Source of the DNA: Amoebophrya sp. A120
Lineage: Eukaryota; Protista; Dinoflagellata
Reading direction: 5' to 3'
NCBI GenBank assembly: GCA_905178155.1
Contig: CAJINV010000001.1
Location: 9,073,865 to 9,137,864 of the forward strand
Length of the DNA: 64,000 nt
Of this stretch, positions 35,335-48,101 are shown piece by piece; the first letter of the stretch is position 1, and the number at the start of each line of letters is the position of its first letter. Below the pieces are notes generated by a model. The model ran no database searches. It had not been told where the DNA came from and was given only the letters and a program-made list of their open reading frames with translations. The position numbers and the translations under genes were made by a program.

Positions 35335-38300
35335 TTACTTCGACGGTGAGTACTTCTCGCTGACCGCCCGGCGCATGATCTCGTCCAAGGGACCGAGTAA
35401 CCGCTTGAAGGATTTTCGGTCCAGGGACAAAACTTTGCAGCGCTCCTCGCCTGCCTTCACGGTGGCCAATCGTGGTTGCTCCATCAACAATGCCAACTCT
35501 CCGAAGTAGTCCGCTTGCTGATACCTGGTTGTAAAGAATACAGTTTGTTTGGCTTTCCCAGACAAGAAACTGTGAATATTTTTTTCATCCACATGCGCCG
35601 CTCCTCATGCAACTACACTGGACACTTGTAGAAAACGAGCCCGCAAGCCAGTCCAGTCAGACAGCTTCACGAAAAGCAAATACGCCAGCAATAAATTCTT
35701 CTCTCTGCGATCTATCATTATCGCAAAAAGTAGTACTGCATGACGACTTCCCCGCCCTTGACCGCGACTGGGTTTCCGGATTCCACGATGTAAAATTTGT
35801 CGCCCGCTTCACCCTCAGTCACGATGTGCTCGCCATTTTCGTATACCTCAGCCTTCAGGGCGTCCGCAATCTGATTTGGTAGTTGTTCTCAACGGCTTCT
35901 TCAGTCATGTTGCTTGTGCTTCTAGCGTATAAAAGATGGCGCATGAATCCTAGAACAGAACCTGATCCGCCACAAAAAGAAGTGCCTCGCGTTCCACCTT
36001 CGCCCTTCGCTATCGCAGTAAAACATATTGATATTGGCGGGAGACGTGATTCTACTGGGTTATTTTCCAGTGAAAAAGATGCGGTTATTGTTACGCACTT
36101 ACCTGACTGAGCTCGTAGCTGGTCATGTTCTTCAGCAGTGTGACCTGCTTGAGGAAAGATTCGTATCGCGACCTCTTGCTGGCGGCCGCGTCCTTGACGA
36201 TGGCGTTGAAGGTTTCCCGGTCGAGCTGCCAGAGCGTGCACTTGGTGGTGGACCGCACGTTGGCCGCCCGTGTGGTGTTGTACAACAGCGCTAACTCGCC
36301 GAACACGTCTATCCTGAGTAAAAACGTCCCCACACCATAGTCAAGATGGGGAATCGGCTAGACAAATCCACAAGCTTTGGCTGTTTTGCATGACAAATTC
36401 GGATTCGTAGTGTAGTGCCGTTTGAGCTAGCTCAACAGCATCACAGATCTAGCATACCATGCTGATTGGAGCATGACAAATTGCAAAACACGATTAGAAA
36501 ATGCTTCTCATGGGGCTCCGCATGAGAAACATTTTCAGCATGCAGATTTGCATTACAACTATAGGGTGGGGACGTTTTTGAATAGGATAACGTCCCCAGC
36601 CTCGCACGTCTTCACTACCGTGGAAACCCCCTCGATGTCCTTGTAGCACTCCAGCTTCCCCTCTTCTATCACAAACAGGTAATCCCCGTCGTCGCCCATG
36701 CGAATAATCTCCTTACCCGCTTCAAACTGACGGTTTTCAATATTTCACTTGCATGCTGTACTACAAAACCGTAAATCTGTACCTGAGTTGTGACTAAACA
36801 GGTGTATCATAACTCAAGCAATTGTTCACACTCGCCGGTGGCGAGTAGCACATTTTAGATTGCTGCAAAAAATAAAGCAAACTGGAAGATGAGGCATGAT
36901 GCATGCAGGCCTCAGGATCACAAAAGGCGGACGAAACGGAAACTACATCAAAGTCAAATACTATTTGCTCTTCCATGGCGTCGATGACGACCCCGAAGTC
37001 CTTTTCTTCCAGGGCCGTATCAAATGTAAAAATGTCTGGGTCTGGAAGATTTCTGGATTTGTCATGCATATTTTCCATGACCCATGATGTCTGTCATGCA
37101 TGCCCTAGCATCACAGATTTTTAGAGCGCTTTGTGATGCCTCTACAGCTTGAGAAATGACCTCTCCGCGTCGCACAAACTGGAGTCCTCTTGCTGGTCAT
37201 GCAATACAAATTTTTTCAGAATCCAGAGACAGCATAACAAGTTCCAATCTTCCAGACCCAGACATTTTTGCATTTCATAGGCCGCGAACAGGAACGATTT
37301 GCTGAGCACGTCCTTCTATCAAGTGCAAATATGTCTGGGTCTGGAAGAGTGCGAGATTTTTTGTCATGCTAGTCTAGCATCAGTCTGCGCTATGTATTGC
37401 GTGGCCACCAAGGGGTCCTCTTGCCTGTCGTGTCATGCAAAAGCGCAGTTTCTCGTGCGAAATACGCAGCACAGAAACACGAGAAACCTTGTCATGCTTG
37501 GCAGCGCACTACAGAGCACTTATTGTTCACGGACTTGCATCACAAGTTTCCAGACCCAGACATTTTTGCAGTTGATACCTTCAACCGGGTTTTCTGTTCT
37601 TGTGACTTCACAATCACCTTAGGCGTGAACTCCTTCTTTTTATTCCAGGCCCCGTAGGCCTCCGCGCTGACGCTCTGCCGGGGTCCCTTCTTCACGGCCT
37701 TCTGCGCGAACTCGGGGAGCTCATCCGGACCCTCGTCGTCGTCGTCCTCCTCCTCCGATTCCTCCTCGGCCTCCTTGGCATCGTCGTCTGGTACAGATGG
37801 GAACCAGGATATTAGCACAGCAGCTTTTTGATGGCATGACAAATATTTCGCTGCGGCTTACGCAGGGCAGCAAGACAAGACATTTCGCGCAAAAGAAAAG
37901 AAGAAAAAGATGAAAACTCGGTGAACAAATAAATTTTATACTTTTTGTGAGCGTCGCCAAAACGCCGGAGCAGTCGTTCAGGGTCTTGGATAAGGTCTTG
38001 ATTTCGTCCTTCAACTTCTCGTTTTCTTCCGTGAGTTTCTCTACGTCACCCGAGTCTGTAGTTTTTTATTGTTGTCAAGAAGTATCCTGTTGATCTCTCA
38101 CACGCTGGATCGCTGCAGCTGAAATTCATTATTTTCATTTTGTTGTTCCTGTACTCAAGACATTCACTACATCAATTAGAAAACCCTACTACCAAGCTGG
38201 ATTCCCTTCTTCTTTCTGAGCCATTCCAGCATGAAAGCAGCTGGCTCGGCGGGACATTGCTTCAGGCAGTCGGTAACGAGTTCGGTGAGCAAGGGGTTGA

Positions 38301-38361
38301 GCTGCTCTGTTATGTACTTCTTCTTCTCCTCCGGAATCTTCAGCGAATCCAGAGCCGCCAT
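35335..38361 (-). CDS. pkaR: cAMP-dependent protein kinase regulatory subunit (PKA-R), 9 exons, ~412 aa
   Basis: N-terminal dimerisation/docking-like segment, inhibitory site PRQSVSAE, and two cNMP-binding domains (FGELALLYNTTRAA; FGELALLMEQPRLA). Join 38361-38193, 38055-37942, 37787-37578, 37311-37280, 37012-36962, 36726-36590, 36304-36103, 35870-35737, 35524-35335 = 1239 nt, with 5 GT-AG introns and 3 introners. Confidence 0.95.
36310..36589. mobile_element. Introner TIR element, family B (280 bp), TSD ACGTC
   Basis: TATCCTGAGTAAAAACGTCCCCAC ... GTGGGGACGTTTTTGAATAGGATA; ACGTC at 36305-36309 and 36590-36594; removal restores CEAGDVFGELALL; opposite orientation to the copies at 58716 and 59650. 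Confidence 0.95.
37018..37279. mobile_element. Introner TIR element, family A (262 bp), TSD GGCCG
   Basis: Family A TIRs; GGCCG at 37013-37017 and 37280-37284; removal restores SFLFAALEEKD. Confidence 0.95.
37317..37577. mobile_element. Introner TIR element, family A (261 bp), TSD CCTTC
   Basis: Slightly degenerate family A TIRs; CCTTC at 37312-37316 and 37578-37582; removal restores RLKDVLSK and can be achieved with GT-AG ends. Confidence 0.95.
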
Positions 38362-39561
38362 GGTTACAAAAAACTTTAGGTAAAATCACAAATGACTAGT
38401 TGCCAGGCATGCGAGAGTGAACGTGAAGAAAAACGACAAGAAAAACTCTGGAAAATATCTAGTTCGAAAATGGGGCGGAGATTGATGACTCTGCATTGTT
38501 GTTTTTTTAAAACTGCGTCATAGTCAAAATACGATAAAAAAGAAAAGCGAAAAGGAAAAAACGGCACTCGTCTCTTTCCTCTCGCAGAGCTCCACACTCG
38601 AAGAACACACAAAACAGCAGACCGCACACAGAAAAAAACACGAAAAAAATCACTCAAGGAAAAATAGATTGATACCGCTACGCACGCTGAACAAAAAAAA
38701 AAGCAACCAGCGAAAAAGATGTGCAAAACAAAAACAATCCAAGTGCCTACTAGTACCATTTGGCCTTTAGGTGGTATAATGGTGGCACGAAACAGAACAT
38801 TTAAGGGTATCAATCTCATTGCTTTTGGTTTTGCTGAAGCTCAAGGAAAAATCTTACATAGGTGTCGTCTAGATGAAAAGCTTTCCCGGGAGCAAGCACA
38901 GTCAAGAAACAAAAAAAGTTCGCTATCAATTTTTCATGACAATAGATAGGCTTGCTAAAGAAAATTGAAGCTTCGTAAAAGTAGTTTAGTTTACTGGAAC
39001 CGAAACACAATGGAATAGTGTGTTAGGAGGAAAAATCGAAACTAGATAGAGATGCGAAAAGTTGTTGAAGTTGCTCGCTTCATATCGTTCAGATGCTAGA
39101 GCAGTGTTTCAAATGAAAAAGGTCGTATAGTCTGAAAATCTTATCATTGATTCAACACATAATTTCTTGAAAAGTCCCACCTTGCTCAAAAGCGACTGGA
39201 TAAAATAGTGCATCGTACACCGAAGGCCGGAATGCGGCCAATATTGACATTGAAGATTGCCCTAAACTGATTTCTGAGGTAGAAACGACAGTGTCCAAAA
39301 CTGGTCCGGAAACCACAAAATACTGCTAGACTAAAAGTTCTAAAATTCGAATTTCATTTTCAAAAAGCATAGAGACAAGAATGGCCATGCACCAAAAAAT
39401 TCAAAACCAAAATAAAAAAAGTTCACTTAAACCATGAAAGATACCGCGCCGTGCAAACAGATGTTAATTGTATGCCTGCTCGTAAGAACTCGAGAAGAAA
39501 AGCGTTTGATTTTTCAAAATTATACTTTTACTTTCTCCTGCTCCAACGATCACTTTCTTGC

Positions 39562-42500
39562 TCACGCCAACGCCGGCGGTTTGATCCCGGCCGCCTTCGG
39601 ACGCCCGCTGTTTGCGCGCTTGCGATTGGGGGAAGGCAAGTTGGACAACTTCATCTTGTCCGCCCAGGACAATTTGGTCGGTTGACTCTTCGTCGAACTG
39701 GGACTATTCTTCGGTCGCTGCGGCACAGGTAGTTCTTTTGCGTCCGTCAAGGACACCGAAGCGGTAATCCCGGGCTGTTCTGGCTCCGGCAGAAACAAAC
39801 GATCACCACCGGTTTTCGTGACCGAGACCCCCAACGGCGGAAAGTTCATCTTCGCGTTAGTGGAAATAGCCGCGGGCTTTTTCTTCTTCACGATTTTCGC
39901 AAACGTCATTTCCGGTTCCTTCTTCCCTGCTTCCTGCTTCTCGATAGAAGAATTTTTCTCAGCTACGATAGAACTACTTTCCACCGGTTCTTTCACGTTA
40001 TTTTCCACCTCGATTTGGATGTCCACCTCTACTACGGAACAAGAAGTTGTTCTTTCCTCACTTCCAAATTTTCCTTCCGAGCCGGTCTTGTCTTCTCCCG
40101 ACTCCGGGGACCCTTCGTTCGTCGAACAGCAGTATGCACTGCAAAAATGTCTGGGTCTGGCAGGTTACAACTTGTAATGCTAATTCTGGATCGTGCAAAA
40201 ATCTGTGTTGCATGAATGCCAAAAGCTGTCCACGTTTGACCAAGTTGAGAGGAAGTTTCTCATGCAGGATGGGCATGATACGGATCGCGCAGAATCTGTC
40301 ATGCTAGGTCCTGCATTCCAGACGACATGGATCATGGAAAATCTGCACGACAAGCCTGGGAATCTTCCAGACCCAGACATTTTTGCATTTGATAAGCAGC
40401 AGTCCGCGCGCACCCAGCCATCCTTGTCCACGAATTCGGCCCGCGTTTGCTGCCGCTGCAGGAACCGCGGCGTCCACGCGGCGCAGTAGTGCTGTTCAAA
40501 CCAAGATTCTGTTTCCTGCTCGATCGCGTCGAAGTCCGCTGCGCGCTTCAGCACCTCCTCCGAAACCTCCTTCTTTGTTCCGCCTGCAGTTCCGTCTGTC
40601 GGCGAGAACGGCGTCGTGTCCGCGTCCGGGGCGAACAAGGGGAAGGACTGGAGGGAAGAAACCAGTTCCGCGTGCGTTTTCGTCGTGTTCGCACTGGGGA
40701 GGGACCGGAATTCCGGCTCGTGCCCGTGCTTCTTCAAAAATTTGCGGTTCCGCTTTCTCCAAGTGGCCATGATCACCTCGGACAACTCGTTGATACAATC
40801 CTTCTGCGGGGGTGGTCGTTGCGGACTTCTCGCCAGCGCTTCGCTGGACTCCTGGAAGAAGTGCTTCGCGTCGCGGAAAAAATGCGGCTCTTCCCCGCTC
40901 ACCTGCTCGTCGCAGTCCCACTGCACGTCGCTGTCATTGTTGACATTACCGCCCGAACCGTTACTGCTCAGCTGATCCGGCGAGGACCTCCGCCGATCCG
41001 CAATAAAATTGTGCGCCGCGGCAGGGTCGTGCCGGCTCAAGTTAATAATATTTTCTCCGTAGTTGTTGTACACCGGAGCTACCCCAGACGGCGGAGGCGG
41101 CGGAACGACTGAAGTTGTAGTTCCCAACACGCTCGAGCGACTGCAGGGCCGGTCGTGGAGCTGCTCCGGTTCAAACATCGCGGCCGCCGGCGGCCCGACA
41201 GGAGGATGTATACCGAACTGATTTGCAGCAGCATTGTTGGTCGTGTGGTGCCCCCGCATAACGTCCGGCTGGTAGATCACTGTGTTGTGCGGAGGGGACG
41301 GCGACAACGACGGGCGCCGCACCGGCAACGGCGGTCGCGGAACCGCTAATCCCGGATGGTGGTGGTGCTGCGGGTGCAACAGCAACGGAGAGGCGATCGG
41401 CGGGCCGTACAAATGCGGCGGCATCGGCGGCGGTGGCGTCGCCCCCATCGCGACAGCCAGCGGGTGCGGCCCCAACACCGCTCCGGGGGAACGGCCCAGG
41501 ACGGCTGGGTGCGGTCCGAGCGCCGGTGGCGCCAACGGCGATCCGAAGGGAACTCCTGCCGGCGGCCCTGCTCCGCGCAACAAGTGCAGCAGCGGGGGCG
41601 GCGGTGGTGGCGGAACCGAACTGCGCTTCTGCGCCGATGCCGTCATGTGAGCGTGGTGCTGCGCCGCCTGCGCCAGCAATTGCGGGGACGTGAGCAACGC
41701 CGCGACCGCCGCTGCCTGCTGCTGCGCCACCGAAGCCGGCGGCGGTGGTGGCGGCGGCGGGGGCGGAGAAACCTGTGTTAGTGTCAAGACAAATGGAAAT
41801 GTTGTTGTCGTAAAACCATGCTGCACTACAACCAAAAAGTACTATCGACGTGGTTGCAATTCCACCAATCGCAGCGACCAAGAACTTTATCAGTCTCTCG
41901 ACAAATCACATCAAGAAGATCACATCATGTGAAGAGGACAACTAGGTACTTAAGTACCTTCGTCGGGCGCTTGGGCACCGGAACTCGCAATGGCGAGTGC
42001 TGGGGCACGAACGGAACCGCATTGGCATTCAAACTGTCCTGGCTCCTCCTCCGCTCCGAGCTGTTACTCGGCGGTGGCGTGCCTGGCACAGTTTCCTCGG
42101 CGACAGCGACAGTCGACTTGGACTCGTTGTTGCCGGCCAAGGTCTTGTTCTCTTTCTGCTGAAGAACCGTCGAACCCGAATCGCCGGCATTCTGCTTCTC
42201 CAGCTGCAGCTGTTCTGCGCGGACCTGCTGCCAAAATTTCTCCGGCGTTTCAGTCTCCTCGGCCGCAGATTTATTGTGCTCTTTTTCAGCGGTTTTCGGC
42301 ACCTTCTCCTCGGAAAATTCCAACGCGAGCGGGGTCGGCCGCGGACGGGGGACGCCTCTGTTTTCGTTCTTGAGGCCACCATTGTAAAAGCCACGGTAAT
42401 CCGAAGGCGGATCTAACGGGGACGGCAAGAGCCCGGTTGCCACGGAGAAACTGGCCGTGGGGCGACCCGCGGAGACATCATGTTCTTCATCTTCCCGTAT

Positions 42501-45240
42501 CCTCCGAACCGTGGTGGTGCCGCAACCCGCACCGGCTTCTTCGGCAATATTGCCAAGATCTTCGTTCGCACTACCGTCATTCGAGGTCGCCGGCAAGAAC
42601 GTCGCCGCGCCCTTGTTCGTCGCCGAAGTGACAACTTCCGTCGGAGAGTACAGCTCGTCGAGCAAATCCCCACCGTAGGGCACCTGGTACAACCCCTGGA
42701 GCTCTTCGGTCTCGCACTCGGCGAACGGAATCTCCTCGTCCTCGGCCTCGTGAAACGACTCGTTTTCCCCGACAAGCGACGTGCTGAAAAACAGGTCTCC
42801 CTCCATCGAGTTGCTGCGGCTTCGACCACGGTAGGAATTATTTCCGCCGTCGGCGTGGAACCCACTGTCCCCAGCGACACAAATGTCTGCGGTGTTGTCA
42901 TTTTTCGCCGACGTGTCGACAAATCCGTTGTTTCCCTTGTCGACCCTGATGTTGCAGTGGGTATTCTTAATCGTTGTTTTTGCCTGAAGATGGCCCATCA
43001 CCGGCGGCAGCTCGGGCGGGGGCAAGGCAATCTTCGGGGGGACCATCGATTCTCCAGCAGTCGCGTCGCGCAACTCGTCTGTCAGGGACACCGTGTGGGA
43101 CAGGCAAAAGTTGCCGGCGCTCGCCGTCCGGGACGTGGAGCAGGCGGAGTCCGAGAAATGGAAACCGTCTACTTCTGAGCATCCCTCCGCAGCAGAAGGA
43201 CCAGCGCCCAACCGATGTTGACCTGAACTTGTTCCACCGGGGAAAACCGTCATCAAGCGAATTGCTTCTTCCTTCGACAGGACCGGCAGACAGCTTTTTC
43301 CCTTCTTCCCCTTCGACGACTTACCCCGCTTACCGCCTTTTGAAGAGGCGTAGTACGCCGAGACCTCGGAGCAGGATTTGGAAGTCACATCACCATCAAA
43401 CGGTGGCGCCACCGAAGGCGGCTCGCGACCGATCACACTTCCGAACCGTAACGGCGCCCCGGCGTTGGGGAAGAACTCGCGCTTGCCGCCCTTCTTGCGC
43501 CCCCCGCCGCCCTTGCCAGCGGCAGACGTCTGCGTCAGGCAACTCATAGGGGTGGCTGTGCAACTAAACGCCGCTGCGGAGGTGCACGTCATCGGCGACA
43601 CCAAGTCGTAAACCTGCAACTCCGCCGCGCCGTGCTCCGCCAGCAACGCCGTCCACATTTCCGGGTCGGGGGTTTTGTAAAAACTGCGCTCCACGTCCGC
43701 GAGCTGAACCTCGGACAGGATCTGCAGCGACTTCAAAGTCGAGCGGACGGTGCACGCAACGAGGGGCGCGGCATTCGTCAAGACGTGGGTGAAAATCAAC
43801 TTTCCCGCCGCGGGCGGGACGGACACCTTGCAGACGTTTCCCTGCGCCCACAGCTTCAAAACGTCCCGCACCTCATCCGTCCGTTTGCAGTCCAGGAGCA
43901 GTTTGATCAACTTCAGCAGCACCCCCGCCTCGACGGACAGCTTCGCGAACTGCAGGCCGTCCTTCAAAAGCTCCAACGCCCGGACCACCTCGCGGTCGCT
44001 CGACGGGAGGACGTCGTTGGAGGTTGCAGCTCCTGCGATGAACGATGTGGAACCTCCAGATGCGGAACCGCAAAACAAGTAGCCGCGGAGCAACGTGAGG
44101 TAGGAGGAAAAATCCGGGTAGAAACCGAAGTTGCGCATCGCGGAGAAGTAGTGCTCAGCCAACTGCAAGTTCCGGTGCGCGACAGCGACCTGGAGCAACA
44201 GGTTCATGCACACCACGTTCGGCGTAATGTGGTCGCGCTTCACCATTTTCTCGTACAGTTGCTTGCACTTTTCCAAGTCCGAGAGCCGCGCAAAGCCCTT
44301 GATCATCGTGGAGTACAGCACGCAGTTCTTCGACATACTCTCCGTGTTCTTTTGCGCAACGCTCATCTCGTCAAAAATCTGCTCGGCAATCCGCATCGAC
44401 TGCGGCGTCGCAGCTTTCGCTAACGCATCCAAAACACAACCGTAGGTCACCTAATGGGGTGGGGAGATTTCATTTTGTTCGGACTGGTGCAGATTTAGAC
44501 AGTGCCATTTTTCTTTTCCTGCACGCGTTCTAATAGAATGTGACACACGAGGAGACTGGGAGAATGAATCACCTTCTTCCTCAAGCAAATAAAGCTGCAA
44601 TGAAAATTCTGTTTTTTACCACGCTGGGCTGCAACTGGCGCTCGGAGCGGAGCTCGTCCCACAAAGCCAGCACCCGCTCCAGCTGCTTGGTCGCGCCCAA
44701 GGCCTTGATCACGATTCCGTAGGACACTACTCCGGGCAAAACGCCGAATTTCCCTTCCTTCATGTCCTGGAAAAGCAACTCCATGTGGCCCAGCGCCGTC
44801 TCCCCGTCGCCGGGACTGGTCATGCGCTGGCTCAGCCGCGAGTAGGCGTCCAAGATGGCATTCAAAACCACCTCATCCAGGTCCGCCGGGCGGAGGGGAA
44901 GGTATTTGGTCCGCAGCAAAGTCGTGGCGTCGTACAAAAGCTCCACCCAGTTACAGCCCGCGGTCTTCTTCAGAAGCAAACTCAAAATCAGGCCGGTCGG
45001 GGGCAGATTGCGGGACAGCATCCAGTGCACCAAACGCCATGCGAAGGAAAGCGAGTCCGGGGTGTTCTGACGCATGGCAAGATCCAACTGCGCATCAAAA
45101 CCATTCGCCGCGCCAGTGGATTTCGCGAGCGCTTCCTCGATCTTCGGCGCCGGACGGTTGTTTTTGGTCGTGTGCGGGTCGGGAAACCCCATACCCGGCG
45201 GCGGAGCGGACCCACCCAGCTTTGCCGGGGGTCGCGACAT
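39562..45240 (-). CDS. Pentatricopeptide-repeat (PPR) protein with long low-complexity/Pro-rich C-terminus and PAM2-like motif, ~1,685 aa
   Basis: PPR motifs PGVVSYGIVIKALG, PSVVTYGCVLDALAK, NCVLYSTMIKGFAR and PNVVCMNLLL. Join 45240-44620, 44450-41958, 41772-40395, 40127-39562 (5058 nt, in frame). GT-AG introns 44451-44619 and 41773-41957 (ACTAAC branch motif) plus one introner. Confidence 0.8.
40133..40394. mobile_element. Introner TIR element, family A (262 bp), TSD AGCAG
   Basis: TATGCACTGCAAAAATGTCTGGGTCTGG ... CCAGACCCAGACATTTTTGCATTTGATA; AGCAG at 40128-40132 and 40395-40399; removal restores RADCCCSTNEG. Confidence 0.93.
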
Positions 45241-45843
45241 TTTCGAGTTTTTTATTGCTGTGGAGGGAGAGAGGTGGAAAAATAAGCTCCTTCTCCCAAG
45301 GGACGTGAAGTCGTGATAAGAAAATATCAAATTTCTCGCGAGTACAACCAAGCAGGCAGTTAACCTTCTCCTGCACCTCCTATTTGAAGTTTCGTTCCGA
45401 AGATTGTTTTCAGAGAGGTACAGCGAGCTGCTGCCAAGTAGGAAATCTCTTTCTTTCTTGTTCAAGGGTTTTGCTAAAAGCACAACTAGTGAGCACTTTT
45501 TGCCTGTTTGATGTTGGAGAAAGTCCTAGTCACCAGTTTGCACTTATTTGCTTGCTTCTCTACTTTTCCTACACAACCACGACAACAACATTTCTCTCAG
45601 CAACGCTTTGCAAAAAACAGAGAAGAAATCATTTGCTCTCGGATGCGACAGCACTCGAAAATCTCTCTGAAAACGACACGAAAAAACCGAACAAGATTTT
45701 CTTAACCAGTCAAACAAACTCTACGCAGCAAAAAAAACTATACTTGCCTTGCGTTTTCAGAAGCTGCACGAAAAAAACTTATAATTTCAAAACGAGTTTC
45801 TTTCTCATCTACCTCGGTGAGGCTACTTGGCATCACAACCTTC

Positions 45844-46587
45844 TCAAGAGCCAAACAGCAAGCGTTCGGACTCGAACGCCTTCTCTCTTCTTTCTTGCCA
45901 CTTCACTCGCGACTGCGTCTCGAGCGTGCGCAGGCGCTTCGTTTCCAAGTCGGCGTCCCGGTGCTGCACCTTTTTCGTGACCGTTCGCCAGTCCTTGACG
46001 GAGATCAAGTGCTTGTATTCCAGCGGTTCTGGGATGGCAAAATTTTCGTCTGTTATCTCCGCGGACCGCACGGTTCCCACGTTTTTATCCAAGTGGTGCT
46101 CCAGAAACCACCTCTTCATTTGCGCCAGCCCGAAAACGTCGCCCTGCAAATGCCCCTGCGCAAAGTTCTTTCGCGCCTTGAACCACCCGACGAGGTTGAG
46201 GTTCTGCGCGGCCTGAAAAATCTCCTTTTCCAACAAGTCGACCGGCGTCACCCCCACGCCGAAGTTCCGGGCGAGCAGTCTGCTGCTGAGCTCCACCTGC
46301 ATCAGAAAACGGAATTTTCCCATCATCTCGTGGCAATTTTCAAAAGTCCAGTACTCGTCCGGCTGCCGCTTCGGGACGTCCACCTTGGATTCAAACGCCA
46401 GTCGGTTGGTCGCCCCCTTCTGGTGCAAATCCCACTCCGCGTGAAACTGCGGCCAGCCCTTGATTTGCACGGGGATCTGCTGCGGTTCCTTCAACAAACC
46501 CTCGTTCGGCCGCCAGTGCGGGTCCGGCCGCTTCGTGATCGCGAGTCCGAACCGGATCCGCATCTTCTTAGAGTGACCCGCCACCAT
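45844..46587 (-). CDS. Hypothetical basic 247-aa protein
   Basis: Intronless ORF with GC3-rich coding-like composition; no family recognised. Confidence 0.7.
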   Translation of the reverse strand: MVAGHSKKMRIRFGLAITKRPDPHWRPNEGLLKEPQQIPVQIKGWPQFHAEWDLHQKGATNRLAFESKVDVPKRQPDEYWTFENCHEMMGKFRFLMQVELSSRLLARNFGVGVTPVDLLEKEIFQAAQNLNLVGWFKARKNFAQGHLQGDVFGLAQMKRWFLEHHLDKNVGTVRSAEITDENFAIPEPLEYKHLISVKDWRTVTKKVQHRDADLETKRLRTLETQSRVKWQERREKAFESERLLFGS

Positions 46588-47639
46588 TCTCGCTGCTGCG
46601 ACGGCTCTTGCGCTTCTGGTCTGTCACAGCTGGAGAATTTTTTCCCCACAAATTTCCGCGACGGATCGGGCGTCCGTCTGCGGTTTGAAATTGAATTCTA
46701 ATTCACTTGTACTCACTTTAGTGTTTCGTGGTGCCAGCAGTCCTGCTGTACAAACAACGGTGCCGAAAACGCATTTACCTAGCGATTGTGTCTACTGAAG
46801 CCCTTACAAGAAGGGGGGACGACGCAAGAAAAACTCCGAGCAACTTTTTTCACGCTCAGGATCCTGACGAGATGAATCAAAGACCTTCCATTGTGTAGCT
46901 GCTTGTGCTTGCTGCTAAAGCCTATCGTAGAAGGAAAAAAGATTCCAGTCAGTGGATCGAAAATTCGTCCAGCTGCGTGGCCAGAACAGCAGTCACTGTG
47001 GTTTGTCGGTGCGCGGCACTGCTGTTCCTCCTGAATCCTCGGAAAATCACAAAACCTACTCCTGCAGGTTCTCTTCCTTCAAGAGGCTCTAGATCGTCCC
47101 AACGCCAGCAATATGTCGATACAGGAAGAAATCATAGTTCAGTAGTTCAACAGGTTATCAAAAAGCAATCATCTCCATCTTGTCCGGGTCTCTTTCTTGT
47201 AAGTAACTACAACTCGACTGTCCATGTCTACATTCGTCATTTTTTAGTTTATCTTATTTCCACCAAGAAAACTTCATTGTTGTCGATGTCGGAAAAAGTA
47301 ATTCCTGTTGCCTTAACTAGCCCTTTTACATTAGCCGGCTGGTCATCAAAGAAGTAAGGTGTAGTTCTCGGGTCTGTAGTAATGTAAAGCTGTGCTGCAA
47401 TACGTTGCGAAAAAAGTTCCCATCTTTAGCTGGATCGGTTCCGCGCCGCCGCTCCGATATTTTCATCCCGCAATCCATATGAAATCCTGAGGCGCGCGAG
47501 CTCAATCTTCAGGTCTCATACATCGCACACATATTGATTCGCTACAAACCTCTCTCCGCAATCTCAACGTATCTTTTGCAAGTCGAGTTTCAATGAATTC
47601 CACTCATGCAATTTTTCCATCGCCTGCCTCACCAAATTT

Positions 47640-48101
47640 TCAGCGTCCTACTTCCAAGTGGCTTAACTCAAGCTCCGGTGAAATGTCGCGACTGCCCGTT
47701 ACGCGGCCCGTGGGTTCCTCGGAGCGGTCGTAGCGCGCCGCACCTCCCCCAGTGCCGCTGCCAGCGATCACTGCATTGTCACCAGCAAACTTGCATTGCA
47801 CAGAAGTACAACTAGCATAATTACCTTGCCGGCTCTTGTACTCCAAGGCCGGCGGGTTCAACGGGCGGGTGCGAATGGGCGGCGTAGAGTACACCATCGT
47901 GCCAGAGGTTTTCCGGTCAGCTTGCTGCATTGTCAGGGGCACGCGTTTCGCAAAATCGAAACAAATCTGCAGACGAGTCGGAAGTTCTTTCCGTTCTTTC
48001 AAGCAGTCTCGACAAATGCTCAGAATGGCATATTTTTCTTTTTTTCCTGACTTCCCGCTCTTTTCTTGCAAATCCACAAAGAAAAGCAGAAGCGAAAGCA
48101 A
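47640..48101 (-). CDS. Possible exon(s) of a hypothetical gene
   Basis: 153-codon open frame with a plausible acceptor near 48067 and a GTAA donor near 47824; the rest of the gene is unresolved. Confidence 0.25.
   Translation of the reverse strand: MLSLLLFFVDLQEKSGKSGKKEKYAILSICRDCLKERKELPTRLQICFDFAKRVPLTMQQADRKTSGTMVYSTPPIRTRPLNPPALEYKSRQGNYASCTSVQCKFAGDNAVIAGSGTGGGAARYDRSEEPTGRVTGSRDISPELELSHLEVGR

Noticed and set aside
35335-38361. PKA-R as a transposon-disrupted pseudogene
   Set aside because: All exons join in frame with intact cNMP-binding motifs and no stops once the elements are treated as introns.
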